In this document: positions 48,243-58,838 of the stretch, in pieces
How the letters are laid out: every line of letters begins with the position of its first letter
How positions within the stretch are numbered: position 1 is the first letter of the stretch
Source of the DNA: a virus
Lineage: Duplodnaviria > Caudoviricetes
IMG/VR virus record: IMGVR_UViG_3300002220_000062
Location: 1 to 64,000 of that record
Strand: one strand, 5' to 3'
DNA: 64,000 nucleotides
Made by a program: the position numbers and the translations under genes
The notes under the pieces: model-generated
Told to the model about the DNA's origin: nothing
Seen by the model: only the letters and a program-made list of their open reading frames with translations
Databases searched by the model: none

Positions 48243-49437
48243 TATGTTAAATAAGCAAAAAGATGAGATTCAACAACAAGCCTTAAAGGCATGGTTAGAA
48301 TCAGGTAAAAAAGGTACTTGTGAGATAATTACAGGCCTTGGAAAAACCTTCATTAGTTTACATGCTTTATATACTATGCCAAAAGATGATAAAGTTCATC
48401 TATTTTTAGCTGAGACAGTTGAAAGAAAGAAAGATTTAGTTAATGACATTAAAAAATTTAATAAAATTTTTAATAAAGATGTTACTAATGATTATAATCT
48501 ACAATTTACCTGTTACCAATCAGCTTATAGAAAAACTGGAAATCATTATGGCTTAGTTATAGCTGATGAAATTCATGACTCATTAAGTCCAGCTTATTCA
48601 CAATTTTATGAAAATAATACATATGATGCTATTATTGGATTATCTGCAATGATTAATAAAAAAGTTAAATACAATATTCATAATAAGATTGTTACAAAAG
48701 GGGAGATGCTGAAAAGTATATCCCCTATTTGTTTCTCCTACACACTTGACCAAGGTCAGGAAGAAGGCACTGCTAGGTCATTAATAGTTTATGTTATAAA
48801 ACATAAGTTAGATGATGTTAATACTAATATTAAGGCAGGAAGTGCGAAGAAACCATTTTTTCAAACTGAAAAAGCAGCTTATGATTATTGGGACAAAATG
48901 CATAAAAGAGCATGGTTTATTTTAAATGAAGATGAAAAGAATCTTAAAATAAGGATTACTGCACAAAGGCGTAGTCATATTTTATATAATCTAGAATCAA
49001 AAGTTGAAGTTATAAAGAAACTAATAAGTAAATTAGATACTAAAACAATAATATTTGGTAATAGTTTAGAAAGTTTATTAAAAATTACACCAAATGTAGT
49101 TAGTTCTAGAAATAGCGAGCTACAAAATGAAAGGATTAGAAATGCATTTGATACTAACAAGATTAGAGTCATAGGTAGTTTTAAAAAATTAAAACAAGGT
49201 GCAAATTTAGTAGATTTAGATAACTGTATTATAATGTCATATTATAGTACAGATAAAGATTTTATTCAAAGAGTAGGTAGGTTAAGAGATAATGGAGAAT
49301 TAGGACATGTATTTATACTTCTAACAGAAAATACACAAGAAGAAGTGTGGTTCACAAAAATGTTTGAAGGAGTACAGAATCTAAATCCTATTTTCTTTAA
49401 TAATATTGATGAGTATTTAATAACATTAAAAAAGTAA
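48235..49437 (+). CDS. Superfamily 2 helicase
   Basis: TGLGKT, ADEIH, GLSA and QRVGRLR motifs. Confidence 0.85.
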   Translation: MVNMLNKQKDEIQQQALKAWLESGKKGTCEIITGLGKTFISLHALYTMPKDDKVHLFLAETVERKKDLVNDIKKFNKIFNKDVTNDYNLQFTCYQSAYRKTGNHYGLVIADEIHDSLSPAYSQFYENNTYDAIIGLSAMINKKVKYNIHNKIVTKGEMLKSISPICFSYTLDQGQEEGTARSLIVYVIKHKLDDVNTNIKAGSAKKPFFQTEKAAYDYWDKMHKRAWFILNEDEKNLKIRITAQRRSHILYNLESKVEVIKKLISKLDTKTIIFGNSLESLLKITPNVVSSRNSELQNERIRNAFDTNKIRVIGSFKKLKQGANLVDLDNCIIMSYYSTDKDFIQRVGRLRDNGELGHVFILLTENTQEEVWFTKMFEGVQNLNPIFFNNIDEYLITLKK

Positions 49438-49440
49438 TAT

Positions 49441-50346
49441 ATGATTGCGATAGGAAGCGCTGTAAATAATTTCTATTTAGGTAGAAAGGATGATAACTCT
49501 GCAAATGAGTATATTTGTTGGGACGAAGAAGAAAAAAAAGAAATAGAAGCTGAAATTGGACTAACAAAAAAAGATGAACGTCATTCAAATCATTCCAGTG
49601 TTGTCTATGTCAAAGATAGTATTCATTATACTATACATGATATAAAAAAACTGGCTGTTTTTCAGGATATTGAAAAATATTTATTTTTACCAAAGTATAA
49701 AAGAATAATGGCACCGCCATTGTTAGTATATGCTTGGACAAAGACTAGGGCTGCTTTCAGAAATGATAATTTAGCTGACTGGGAAAATAATATTGTAACT
49801 GCCAGTTTTCTTTATCATAAATATATGAAAAAGATATCTGAAAAATTAAAGTTTAGGGCAAGAATTTGGTCTTCACATTTAACATATTTTGGAGCAATGG
49901 CATTTGGTGCACATTTTAAAGAGCATACATTCAAAGAATATACAGAATATACAGAACATTCTTTATTTGATTTATTCAGATATAATGGTCATTTTTCTTT
50001 ATATGAAAAATGCTTAATAACAACATTTACAAGAAGTAGAGTACTTTCATCTGCCTTTTTTGATACTTTAAGTAAGGAAGACCAACTTGGGCTTGTTATG
50101 GAGAGATTATATGTAGATTGTTCTAATGAATTTATAATAGAGGAACTTCTTTATGAAGCTAAAGAACAAATACCAACTATAGATTTATTTAAAACAGTAA
50201 TTATGTATAGATGTTCACAAAATAGTTTATCTTGGTTTAGAGATTATTTAATACATAATTATAATGATATAATGTCTGAATTTGATGAAAAATTTGTAGG
50301 CGAATTATATGAAGCTGTAAAATGGCAAAAATTAGAAAATGTCTAA
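49441..50346 (+). CDS. Hypothetical protein (301 aa)
   Basis: Long operonic ORF; no motif recognised with confidence. Confidence 0.55.
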   Translation: MIAIGSAVNNFYLGRKDDNSANEYICWDEEEKKEIEAEIGLTKKDERHSNHSSVVYVKDSIHYTIHDIKKLAVFQDIEKYLFLPKYKRIMAPPLLVYAWTKTRAAFRNDNLADWENNIVTASFLYHKYMKKISEKLKFRARIWSSHLTYFGAMAFGAHFKEHTFKEYTEYTEHSLFDLFRYNGHFSLYEKCLITTFTRSRVLSSAFFDTLSKEDQLGLVMERLYVDCSNEFIIEELLYEAKEQIPTIDLFKTVIMYRCSQNSLSWFRDYLIHNYNDIMSEFDEKFVGELYEAVKWQKLENV

Positions 50347-50371
50347 AAATTAATTAAAAGTAAAATTATAA

Positions 50372-50782
50372 ATGGAATTAGAACAAGTTACACAACCAAT
50401 AAAAGAGGTTAAAAAAGAACCAAATTTTGAAAAAACATTATTAAAGGATAACCCATATGATGAGAATTATAAATTTCTAATTAAAAGAAAAGATGGTTAT
50501 AAATTTATGTTATACACAATTAAGTATCCTACAAATAATTGTCAACTTTCTTCAATTGGAAATGCAAATGATTTACTACAAATACCAGAAGGTGATATTG
50601 TTGAAGTTATACATGCTATTAGGAAGGGCACTTGTAATATGGTAATTATGGATATTAGAGATTCTTATCTTGTAAAGTTAAAAAAATTCTTTGAACCATT
50701 TGGAGAATTTAGATTAGAGTCACCATATAAAAGTTCAAATGGTAGTAGTATGGTAATACTTATTTTAAAATGGAACATATAA
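50372..50782 (+). CDS. Hypothetical protein, paralogue of 22241..22657
   Basis: NCQLSSI...DIRDSY...YKSSNGSSM. Confidence 0.6.
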   Translation: MELEQVTQPIKEVKKEPNFEKTLLKDNPYDENYKFLIKRKDGYKFMLYTIKYPTNNCQLSSIGNANDLLQIPEGDIVEVIHAIRKGTCNMVIMDIRDSYLVKLKKFFEPFGEFRLESPYKSSNGSSMVILILKWNI

Positions 50783-51303
50783 CATTTGATTTAGAAACCC
50801 TAGGGAACGGCACAAATGCGCCAATAGTTCAGATAGGAGCTGTAAAATTTACAGATGATGGTACTATAACAGATACTTTCTTACGAAATATAGATTTAGA
50901 ATCACTTGAGGGATTAGGTTTTCATATTGATTATAATACACTTAGTTGGTGGTTTAATCAATCCCCAGAGGCAATTAAATCTGTATTTGGTGAAGAATTA
51001 GACCGTGTAAGTTTAAGTAATGCGTTATATCAATTTCAAATATGGATTGGAAAAACAGCTGATTATTATTATTGGTCACATGCAACATTTGACCCACCAA
51101 TTCTTAAAAATAATTATAAAGCAGTTGGAAAAAATATTCCTATACCATTTAGATTACATGTAGATATTAGAACATTATCCTTACTAGGAGGTAAAATTAC
51201 TATAGATAGAGGAGATTTAATACATCACAATGCATTAGATGATTGTATACACCAGGCTAACTATATTAGTAAGGGGTTACAACAACTAAAGAATAAAAAA
51301 TGA
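50770..51303 (+). CDS. DEDDh 3'-5' exonuclease
   Basis: FDLETLG, ATFDPPIL, DIRT and HNALDDC motifs. Confidence 0.85.
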   Translation: MEHITFDLETLGNGTNAPIVQIGAVKFTDDGTITDTFLRNIDLESLEGLGFHIDYNTLSWWFNQSPEAIKSVFGEELDRVSLSNALYQFQIWIGKTADYYYWSHATFDPPILKNNYKAVGKNIPIPFRLHVDIRTLSLLGGKITIDRGDLIHHNALDDCIHQANYISKGLQQLKNKK

Positions 51304-52076
51304 AAACATTCGTAATAGGAGATATTCATGGGGGCTACAAAGCCCTCATGCAATGTCTTGAAAGAAGTGAATTTAATAAAGAAGAGGATACTCTAATATC
51401 ACTTGGTGATATTGCAGATGGATGGTCACAAGTTCCAGAATGTATTGAAGAACTACTAACAATTAAAAATTTAATATTAATAGAAGGGAACCATGATAAT
51501 TGGGCTAGACAATGGTTAAAATTTGGTATAGCTAATAAAATGTGGTTAAATCAAGGCGGTCAAGCTACTTTTGATGCATATACTATATATCATCCTGATT
51601 TAATGATTAAACATGAAAAAGAATTTTTTAATAAACAGATAGATTATTATGTAGATGATAAAAACAGAGGTTTTGTACATGGTGGCTTTACATCTAGTAA
51701 AGGATTAGGCCATGAACCATATCGTAGTAATTATATTTGGGATAGAGATTTATGGACTTTAGCAGTTTTATCACAAGGAAGAATACACGAAGGTGGAAAT
51801 AAACAATCAAGAAGATTTGAAAAGCATACTGAAATCTATTTAGGTCATACTAGTACTGGTATGTGGGATATTAAACCACATTATCCTGAATATAATGACC
51901 AAAAACAGACTAAAAATGGAAGAATAACTGTACCTATGAATAGGTGTAATATTTGGAATTTAGACACTGGTGGTGGATTTGAAGGGAAGTTAACAATAAT
52001 GGATATAGATACTAAAGAATATTTTCAATCTGATTATGTAAAAACACTTTATCCAGATGAAGTTGGTAGAAAATAA
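51300..52076 (+). CDS. Ser/Thr phosphatase-like metallophosphoesterase
   Basis: GDIHG, LGDIAD, GNHD, VHGG, GHT and LDTG motifs. Confidence 0.88.
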   Translation: MKTFVIGDIHGGYKALMQCLERSEFNKEEDTLISLGDIADGWSQVPECIEELLTIKNLILIEGNHDNWARQWLKFGIANKMWLNQGGQATFDAYTIYHPDLMIKHEKEFFNKQIDYYVDDKNRGFVHGGFTSSKGLGHEPYRSNYIWDRDLWTLAVLSQGRIHEGGNKQSRRFEKHTEIYLGHTSTGMWDIKPHYPEYNDQKQTKNGRITVPMNRCNIWNLDTGGGFEGKLTIMDIDTKEYFQSDYVKTLYPDEVGRK

Positions 52077-52088
52077 TCACTAAAATAT

Positions 52089-52119
52089 TAGGAATATCCA
52101 ATTATTTGTTGTATATTTG
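52089..52119 (+). promoter_or_regulatory. Repeated promoter TAGGA-N18-TATATTTG upstream of an HNH gene
   Basis: Same motif and spacing as the other copies. Confidence 0.65.
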
Positions 52120-52137
52120 TATATAAATACAAAAATT

Positions 52138-52740
52138 ATGATTAAACAAAAACAAACAAAATTAACTATAGTTAAAAAAGTAGATAGTTTATTTTATTAT
52201 ACTTCTAAAGGTTATAAAAAAGAACGTAAAAGAGTATTATGTAAATGTGACTGTGGAAACAATATAGAAGTAGATTTAAATAATATATTATCTATGGCTA
52301 CAAAAAGTTGTGGATGCTTAAAAAAAGAAAAATTACCTATAGCAAGACAGAATAGTTATAACAAAAGAAAAGTAGTAAATTCAGGTATTAAGAAATTATT
52401 TAGAAATTATAAATATACTGCATTAAGAAAAAATTTAGATTTTTTAATAGATTATGATTTTTTCTTTAATATGTCACAAAAGCATTGTAATTATTGCGGT
52501 ATAGAACCTAGTTTAAAAGTAAAAAATGAAACTGGTAGTATATATAATTTAGTTAATGGATTAGATAGAGTTGATAATTCTAAAGGATATATTGTGTCTA
52601 ATTTAGTAACTTGCTGTTCTAAATGTAATTATGCAAAAAGAAATATGACAAAAGAAGACTTTTTAAATTTAATAAATAGGATATATGAATTTCAATCAGA
52701 TTTTCTTAAAGAATTATATCCAAATGAAAAAGGAAGATAA
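52138..52740 (+). CDS. Free-standing HNH-type homing endonuclease
   Basis: CKCDCG, KSCGC, CNYCG and GLDRVDNSKGYIVSNLVTCCSKCNYAK motifs. Confidence 0.85.
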   Translation: MIKQKQTKLTIVKKVDSLFYYTSKGYKKERKRVLCKCDCGNNIEVDLNNILSMATKSCGCLKKEKLPIARQNSYNKRKVVNSGIKKLFRNYKYTALRKNLDFLIDYDFFFNMSQKHCNYCGIEPSLKVKNETGSIYNLVNGLDRVDNSKGYIVSNLVTCCSKCNYAKRNMTKEDFLNLINRIYEFQSDFLKELYPNEKGR

Positions 52741-52952
52741 TGGTAAAAGAAAAATTAAAAACAATTTATAATTTAGAATTACATGAAACTTTATGGGTAT
52801 CTGCTGAACTAACAATTCAAAGAGTCCCAGGAGGATGGAATTATAAATATTATGAATATAGAAATTTAATAGAATATCATAATGATTATATTTTAATAAA
52901 TACTATTTTTATACCTTATCATAATGAATTTCAAATTTATGACCCTTTTTGA
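52740..52952 (+). CDS. Hypothetical protein
   Basis: 70 aa; RVPGGW motif. Confidence 0.5.
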   Translation: MVKEKLKTIYNLELHETLWVSAELTIQRVPGGWNYKYYEYRNLIEYHNDYILINTIFIPYHNEFQIYDPF

Positions 52953-52986
52953 TTCATCTAATTTTTTTTTAAAAAAGGAAAATAAT

Positions 52987-53568
52987 ATGATAGATAATAT
53001 AGAATTAATAAAACCATTTTTGAAATTTGATAATAAAGATGATTTTTATTACCTTCAAATTTTACAAAGAAAAAAGGAAAACCCACAAATAGGAAGTAAT
53101 AGTAGAGTAATAAAAAATTATTATATTACATCTGAACAATATTTATTGGATAGATATGATGAGATTAAAATAATTTGTGAAATATTTAATGCTAGAGCTT
53201 CATTACGACTTAATAGAAGAAGTTTTAAAAAAGTAGCATTTAAAGCAATGCAAAATATAGCCAATACAATGGGTAACGGTGAATTTTCTTTTATAAAAAA
53301 ATCGTATGATAGAGCTTGTGGTTTAGGTCATAATGAACTCTCTAAAAAATGGATTTTAGATTATGATAGTATTTCTATAAATGAACTTAGTGATATGTTA
53401 ACTTATATTAAAGATATTGAACCAATAGGTAGAAAAGAATTAGCTATTATACCTAGTAAAAATGGGTATCATATTATTACAAATCCTTTTAATTTACAAA
53501 AATTTAAAAATGATTTTAATGGTATAGAAATTCATAAAGATAATCCTACAAATTTATATATTCCATAA
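52987..53568 (+). CDS. Conserved hypothetical phage protein
   Basis: Likely start MIDNIELIK; FYYLQILQRKKEN...WILDYD...SKNGYHIIT. Confidence 0.55.
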   Translation: MIDNIELIKPFLKFDNKDDFYYLQILQRKKENPQIGSNSRVIKNYYITSEQYLLDRYDEIKIICEIFNARASLRLNRRSFKKVAFKAMQNIANTMGNGEFSFIKKSYDRACGLGHNELSKKWILDYDSISINELSDMLTYIKDIEPIGRKELAIIPSKNGYHIITNPFNLQKFKNDFNGIEIHKDNPTNLYIP

Positions 53569-53586
53569 TATTAAAAAATAAAAATA

Positions 53587-54123
53587 ATGAGTACATTTTT
53601 TATAGCAGATTTACATCTTGGTCATAAAAGTATGGCAATTAAAAGAGGATTTAGTAGTACATTTGAACATGATGAATATCTAATTAAACAATGGAATAAA
53701 GTTGTTTCTAAAAAAGATAAAGTATTTATTTTAGGAGATGTATCAATGGAATCTCATAATTGGTATTTTTATTTAGACCAAATGAATGGTTTTAAGAGTG
53801 TAGTTTTAGGTAATCATGATTTACCACAACATATACCAGAGTTATTAAAATATGTAGAACATATATCTGGTATGGTTAAATATAGTACAGCAAACTTTCC
53901 AAAAATATTTTTAACACATTGTCCTATTCATACAAGAGAATTAGATTATAGAGTTAAATATAATATACATGGGCATATACATGAGTATAATGTAATGAGA
54001 ACTGAAACTATAGGTAAATATGGTCATACAAGAGAAGTTAAAGATGACCGTTATATTAATGTATCTTGTGAACAAATAGATTATACACCTAAAAAAATTG
54101 AACAATTAATAAAACTAAAGTAA
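53587..54123 (+). CDS. Calcineurin-like metallophosphoesterase
   Basis: ADLHLGH, LGDV, GNHD, THCP and HGHIH motifs. Confidence 0.85.
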   Translation: MSTFFIADLHLGHKSMAIKRGFSSTFEHDEYLIKQWNKVVSKKDKVFILGDVSMESHNWYFYLDQMNGFKSVVLGNHDLPQHIPELLKYVEHISGMVKYSTANFPKIFLTHCPIHTRELDYRVKYNIHGHIHEYNVMRTETIGKYGHTREVKDDRYINVSCEQIDYTPKKIEQLIKLK

Positions 54124-54167
54124 AAGAAAAAAGGGAGAACCGTTATGGAACTCCCTTTCTTTTTTTT
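54122..54167. terminator. Bidirectional intrinsic terminator between the convergent arms
   Basis: A-tract, AAAGGGAG...CTCCCTTT stem, T-tract, between opposing stop codons. Confidence 0.8.
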
Positions 54168-54182
54168 AGACTTTCAACTTTA

Positions 54183-57100
54183 TTAATTTGTTATGTAATT
54201 AATATACTGATATTTTTGTTTATATGTAGTCTTTTTTAAATTTATAATTGGTGTTAATGATTTTAAATCTTTAACAATAACTAAGTTACCTTTAGAATCT
54301 TTATCTGTAACTGACCAAGGTGTTATAGCTGTACCTAGAATACTTGTTAAACTTTCTACAACTCTCATTGATGGAATTGGAGACTTTAAAATTTTGTATT
54401 GTTGTCTAGGGTCAATATAAGACATTAACTCTGAGTTTAATCTAGCTGCAACTAAAGCTGTGTACCATAAAACACTATCATCATCATCTCCATCTCCTGC
54501 TAATCCAGAAAGCAATATTGCTAATTTAAATAATAATATATTTAACCCAGCTTCTGCAATTGTTTTTTGTATATTTTTCTTTTCTGAATCAGATAATTCA
54601 TTCCAATTACTTGATAATAACTTAAAGTTCATCTCTTTTAAAGCAGGAAGTACCGCTTTAATAAAATATCTTATTGTAGTTGTATACATACCTTCTATAT
54701 CCTCTTGTAATGCGTCTGAGAAGAATCTTTCCTCCTCTAATAATTCATCTTTAGCTTTCCCAACATGTACAAAACCCCTCCATCTATTAAGTGCAGACTC
54801 AACTAAATATTTACGAAACATCATAAAGATTTTACCTGTTGCATGTCTCATAGCCTCTGGTTGCATATTACTATCATAGTTACCCATGGTCTGAAATATT
54901 TTAGCTTTTAAGAAATTATTAACAATTTCTTTTCCACCCTCGTTATATTTTATACCAAGTGATTTAGTTGTATATACTACTTTATTATTTAAAACCAGTT
55001 TTCCTTTGGAGTTGTCAAGCATATCTAATAATGATGCAGCATTTTTTTCATCTACAATATTACCATTAGCATCTATAAAATTACTATCAGCATCTAATAC
55101 TTTAATAGTTTCTAGTACCCCCATAGTTAAAACAGATTGTAACCAATGCTCACCAGATGCTTGCATAAATTGCATTGAATCTGAATTTAGTTTTGCTTTA
55201 GCTAAAGTATTTTTAATAAAAGCCTGTTCTACAGAAACACTTACCATACCAAATGTATCAAACATCTCATTTATTTGATTTGTTATTGACATTTTAATAG
55301 GTGAAGACATATCTTTTAAATTATTTAATGCATCTGCAAAATATAATTTTTCTGCCTTCATTAATGCAGAACCAGAAATATGATTTCCAGCAAGGCCTTC
55401 TAAGAATAACTGAGCCTTACCATTAAGTACGTTAACTGAACCAGCAACCTCATTTATCCACATACCTAATTTAGCAGTCCATCCATTAAGTACACCAACT
55501 GCTTTATTCATATCTACTCCACCAATACTACCTGCGTCTTTATGTAAAATATCATATAAATTACTTTCCATTAAAGATACTAATCTTTCATAAGTTTCAG
55601 ATTTGATTCCTTCAACTGTTGCTGTTTTATTTCTCTTAATAATAAGATTAACAAATGGTACTCTACTTCCAGTAGTTTTATAGTATTTCTTATTTTTAGC
55701 TATCTCAACTAAACTAGTCATACTATTTTCTGCTTGATGTTTTTCATCAAAATTTACACCATTTTTAGCTTCTAATCTGTAAACAGTAAACAAATCTAAT
55801 GATTGTTGTGATGGTTCAATTTTACCTCTAAAATTTATCTTAACCTCATAAATAGGATTACCAGCTAAATCTTGTTTTATAGTTTCATAACCAATATCAT
55901 CAGGTCTTATACTTGTTAAATCTTTCCAAGCATCAGTAGCTATACCAGTAGCATTACCCTCTATAACTCTCTCTAAATTAGATTTGGTGATAGATGGTAG
56001 ATTATAAAATACAGAACCAAATAATGGTTTACTCACAATTGAATGTATACCAAAAGTTTGTTTTTTAGTATCTAATGAAATCTGTCTAAAAGCCAATAAA
56101 GCTTCTTTCTCAACTTCACTTAAATCCTCTAAGTTATTTAACCATTCTTTATTTGGTTTTGATAATCTAGTACCTTTTTCATTAACTACCTCATGAGTAT
56201 TATTAAGTATCCATTTTTTAAATTCTGAATTTGTAAAGTATTGTCTAAATTCTCTAGAATTCTTTCCAAATTTTACAATAACTTCATCTCTACCTAATGT
56301 ATATTCAGCTAATTTTTTCTCATATAGTAATTTGAATTCTAATTTAACTTCACCTTTAAGATATGCTCTGCCATATGCGTCATATTCTAATAACTTTGCG
56401 TGTGCTTTAGATGGACTTTGCCCTTTTTTTTCAGTTGACCATTTATCAAAAATAGATTTTAGTTTAAAATCATTATCTCTATCCCTTCTAATAATATTTT
56501 CTATAATACCATTTATAAGATTTTGCATAATTTGTACTAACTTAGAATTAGTACTTATACCAGATACAAATAATTTAGTACCAAGACTTATATCAAAGTG
56601 AATATCATATACAATACTATTTGCATAATCTTCTACTTCTTTATCTATTTCATCAGCATAAGTAGTATTCATCATTTTAGATACCCATGCAGTTTTCCCT
56701 TCTGGTATTTGTAAATCAAAATGTTGTTTTTCTAATTTAGTTTTCCATTTTGCTAATACTTTAGCAGCATATTTTCTATTATTTAAAACTTTAATAACAC
56801 CTTTTTTATTTATAGCCTCAATATTATTAGTTAAAGTAGTATATTTGCCAAGTGCAGCACCTAACTCTTTTTCAAGTGTTACAATATCCTCTCTTTTGAT
56901 TAAGGTTTGGTCACTTGTTCTCATTTCTGAGATAAAAGATAATACTTCGTGTATTAAAGAGTGAGCAGTTAAATATTTTTTATATAAAGCAATAGTATTT
57001 TTAATACTGTCAGCAGTTAAGTCTTCTTTATCAAAAGCAGTTTCAAGTGAGTTAATATTTTTAATCATACTATGAGTAAAGATACTAATAGCTTCCCATT

Positions 57101-58838
57101 TCTTTGCATTATCAAATACATCAATATCCGCGAATAATTTTTTAAGATTATCAGAGTATTTTTTTAACTTAGTTGGGTCTTTAATTACTTTAATTAAATG
57201 GTCATATCTTCTAATACTTTCTTCTAAGTTATCTTTAATACCATTTAATAAGTATGTTTGTCTTTCTTCAATAGTTTTTAAAGAATAGTATGTACGTGGC
57301 TCTCTACTTTCATAGATACCCTCATTAATACCTCCTTCATAATCACTTTCTTGTATAACTTTAGTAATACTATTAATTAACTTAGTGTAATCACTATTCT
57401 TAGGTAATCCAAATAATGTTCTAATATAATCTACAATCTGAGTCCATAAAGATTTACCATTTTCCTCTATACCCATTAATTCTAATTGGAACTCCTCATT
57501 AGTCATTAATTCAGCTATAAATTCTTCTTGGTTTTTAAACCCATATGATTTATTTGTTGATAATAATTTGTATTTGGTATACATCTTATTAATAAAGTCT
57601 TTGAACATCTTTTCATTCATTGACTCAGGTCTTGTATAAGCTTTTATTGTAACACTATGAACTATCTCATGTAATAATGAAGAGATTACTTGCGCAGGTG
57701 TAAACTGTAATAATCTATCTTTATTTATTTCTATTATATTTGTAGATGGGTCATACTGCATTACAGTATTAAAATTCTTTAATCTTGATTCTGCTACAAA
57801 TTTAATTTTAGCATTAGTTCTATAAAGTAATGGTAATAGTTTTTCAATAAGTAATTTTGTAAACTTATTAAAGCCTTTGTAATTAGTTTTTATATTATCT
57901 AATACTTCTTTAGCAGTAAATGACTTGTCCTCATTATTAAATAATATAAAGTTAATAGGATTATTTTCTTTAACTTCATTGACAGTATTTTCACCCTCTA
58001 CTATAGAAAGGAAGTCATCTGTGTTTTCATCTAATAATTCTGTAATTCTTGATTTACTACTTACTAATATATTATTACTTTCAAAATCAATAAATTGTTT
58101 AAAATTTTCAATATCTTGTTCTGAACCTAATATATGTATTTGTTCTGGTTCAAATACTACATATTGTCCTGATTTATTATCAATATTTCCGTCTTGTGTA
58201 GTTTTAGCAACATCTTCACTTTTTGATAATATGCTAACTTCTTTCGGATTAATTATATTAATAATAGATGGATTATAAGATTTTAATTCTTTATTAGCTA
58301 CTGTTTCTGTATAAAATTTTGCCTTATCTTTAGTTGTAGCGAAATAAAAACCACTTCCTAACATTTGACCAGCTCCTGAATTTAAAAATTCTTTAGAAAA
58401 TTTATCAATATTTACATAACTCCCATGATAAACAATATCTTTTACTTTACTTTCAGGAAATATGGTATCTAAATATTTAGAATATTCTTCTTGTGTACCT
58501 ATTTCAGATAATTCAGGGTTATTTTCAAATATAGTATCTATACCTTCTTTAATAATTATATTATCTTGTTTAGTAATTATATGTTCTTTTTCATATTCTT
58601 TCACTATATCATCATATAATGATAAAACATTATCATTAGGAATAATAGTAGATGTTTCTGCATCTATCTCAAATAGACTTTTACCATAAGTATTTAAGCC
58701 GTATTTTTGTTCAGCAATATTACTATATAGTTCATTTAATCCTTCAAATTTTGAAAAATCAATTATTTGTCTATCTTCATTAATAGCTCCCTTATCTACT
58801 AAATCTGTGATTAGTTTTTGTTTTATTGGACAACTCAT
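54183..58838 (-). CDS. Giant virion (ejected/cargo) protein with ART-like and zincin-like domains
   Basis: 1551 aa following the vRNAP; VYHGS...GSGFYFA (ART-like), LLHEIVH...EEFIAE (HExxH), helical C-terminus with hydrophobic segments. Confidence 0.7.
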   Translation of the reverse strand: MSCPIKQKLITDLVDKGAINEDRQIIDFSKFEGLNELYSNIAEQKYGLNTYGKSLFEIDAETSTIIPNDNVLSLYDDIVKEYEKEHIITKQDNIIIKEGIDTIFENNPELSEIGTQEEYSKYLDTIFPESKVKDIVYHGSYVNIDKFSKEFLNSGAGQMLGSGFYFATTKDKAKFYTETVANKELKSYNPSIINIINPKEVSILSKSEDVAKTTQDGNIDNKSGQYVVFEPEQIHILGSEQDIENFKQFIDFESNNILVSSKSRITELLDENTDDFLSIVEGENTVNEVKENNPINFILFNNEDKSFTAKEVLDNIKTNYKGFNKFTKLLIEKLLPLLYRTNAKIKFVAESRLKNFNTVMQYDPSTNIIEINKDRLLQFTPAQVISSLLHEIVHSVTIKAYTRPESMNEKMFKDFINKMYTKYKLLSTNKSYGFKNQEEFIAELMTNEEFQLELMGIEENGKSLWTQIVDYIRTLFGLPKNSDYTKLINSITKVIQESDYEGGINEGIYESREPRTYYSLKTIEERQTYLLNGIKDNLEESIRRYDHLIKVIKDPTKLKKYSDNLKKLFADIDVFDNAKKWEAISIFTHSMIKNINSLETAFDKEDLTADSIKNTIALYKKYLTAHSLIHEVLSFISEMRTSDQTLIKREDIVTLEKELGAALGKYTTLTNNIEAINKKGVIKVLNNRKYAAKVLAKWKTKLEKQHFDLQIPEGKTAWVSKMMNTTYADEIDKEVEDYANSIVYDIHFDISLGTKLFVSGISTNSKLVQIMQNLINGIIENIIRRDRDNDFKLKSIFDKWSTEKKGQSPSKAHAKLLEYDAYGRAYLKGEVKLEFKLLYEKKLAEYTLGRDEVIVKFGKNSREFRQYFTNSEFKKWILNNTHEVVNEKGTRLSKPNKEWLNNLEDLSEVEKEALLAFRQISLDTKKQTFGIHSIVSKPLFGSVFYNLPSITKSNLERVIEGNATGIATDAWKDLTSIRPDDIGYETIKQDLAGNPIYEVKINFRGKIEPSQQSLDLFTVYRLEAKNGVNFDEKHQAENSMTSLVEIAKNKKYYKTTGSRVPFVNLIIKRNKTATVEGIKSETYERLVSLMESNLYDILHKDAGSIGGVDMNKAVGVLNGWTAKLGMWINEVAGSVNVLNGKAQLFLEGLAGNHISGSALMKAEKLYFADALNNLKDMSSPIKMSITNQINEMFDTFGMVSVSVEQAFIKNTLAKAKLNSDSMQFMQASGEHWLQSVLTMGVLETIKVLDADSNFIDANGNIVDEKNAASLLDMLDNSKGKLVLNNKVVYTTKSLGIKYNEGGKEIVNNFLKAKIFQTMGNYDSNMQPEAMRHATGKIFMMFRKYLVESALNRWRGFVHVGKAKDELLEEERFFSDALQEDIEGMYTTTIRYFIKAVLPALKEMNFKLLSSNWNELSDSEKKNIQKTIAEAGLNILLFKLAILLSGLAGDGDDDDSVLWYTALVAARLNSELMSYIDPRQQYKILKSPIPSMRVVESLTSILGTAITPWSVTDKDSKGNLVIVKDLKSLTPIINLKKTTYKQKYQYINYITN

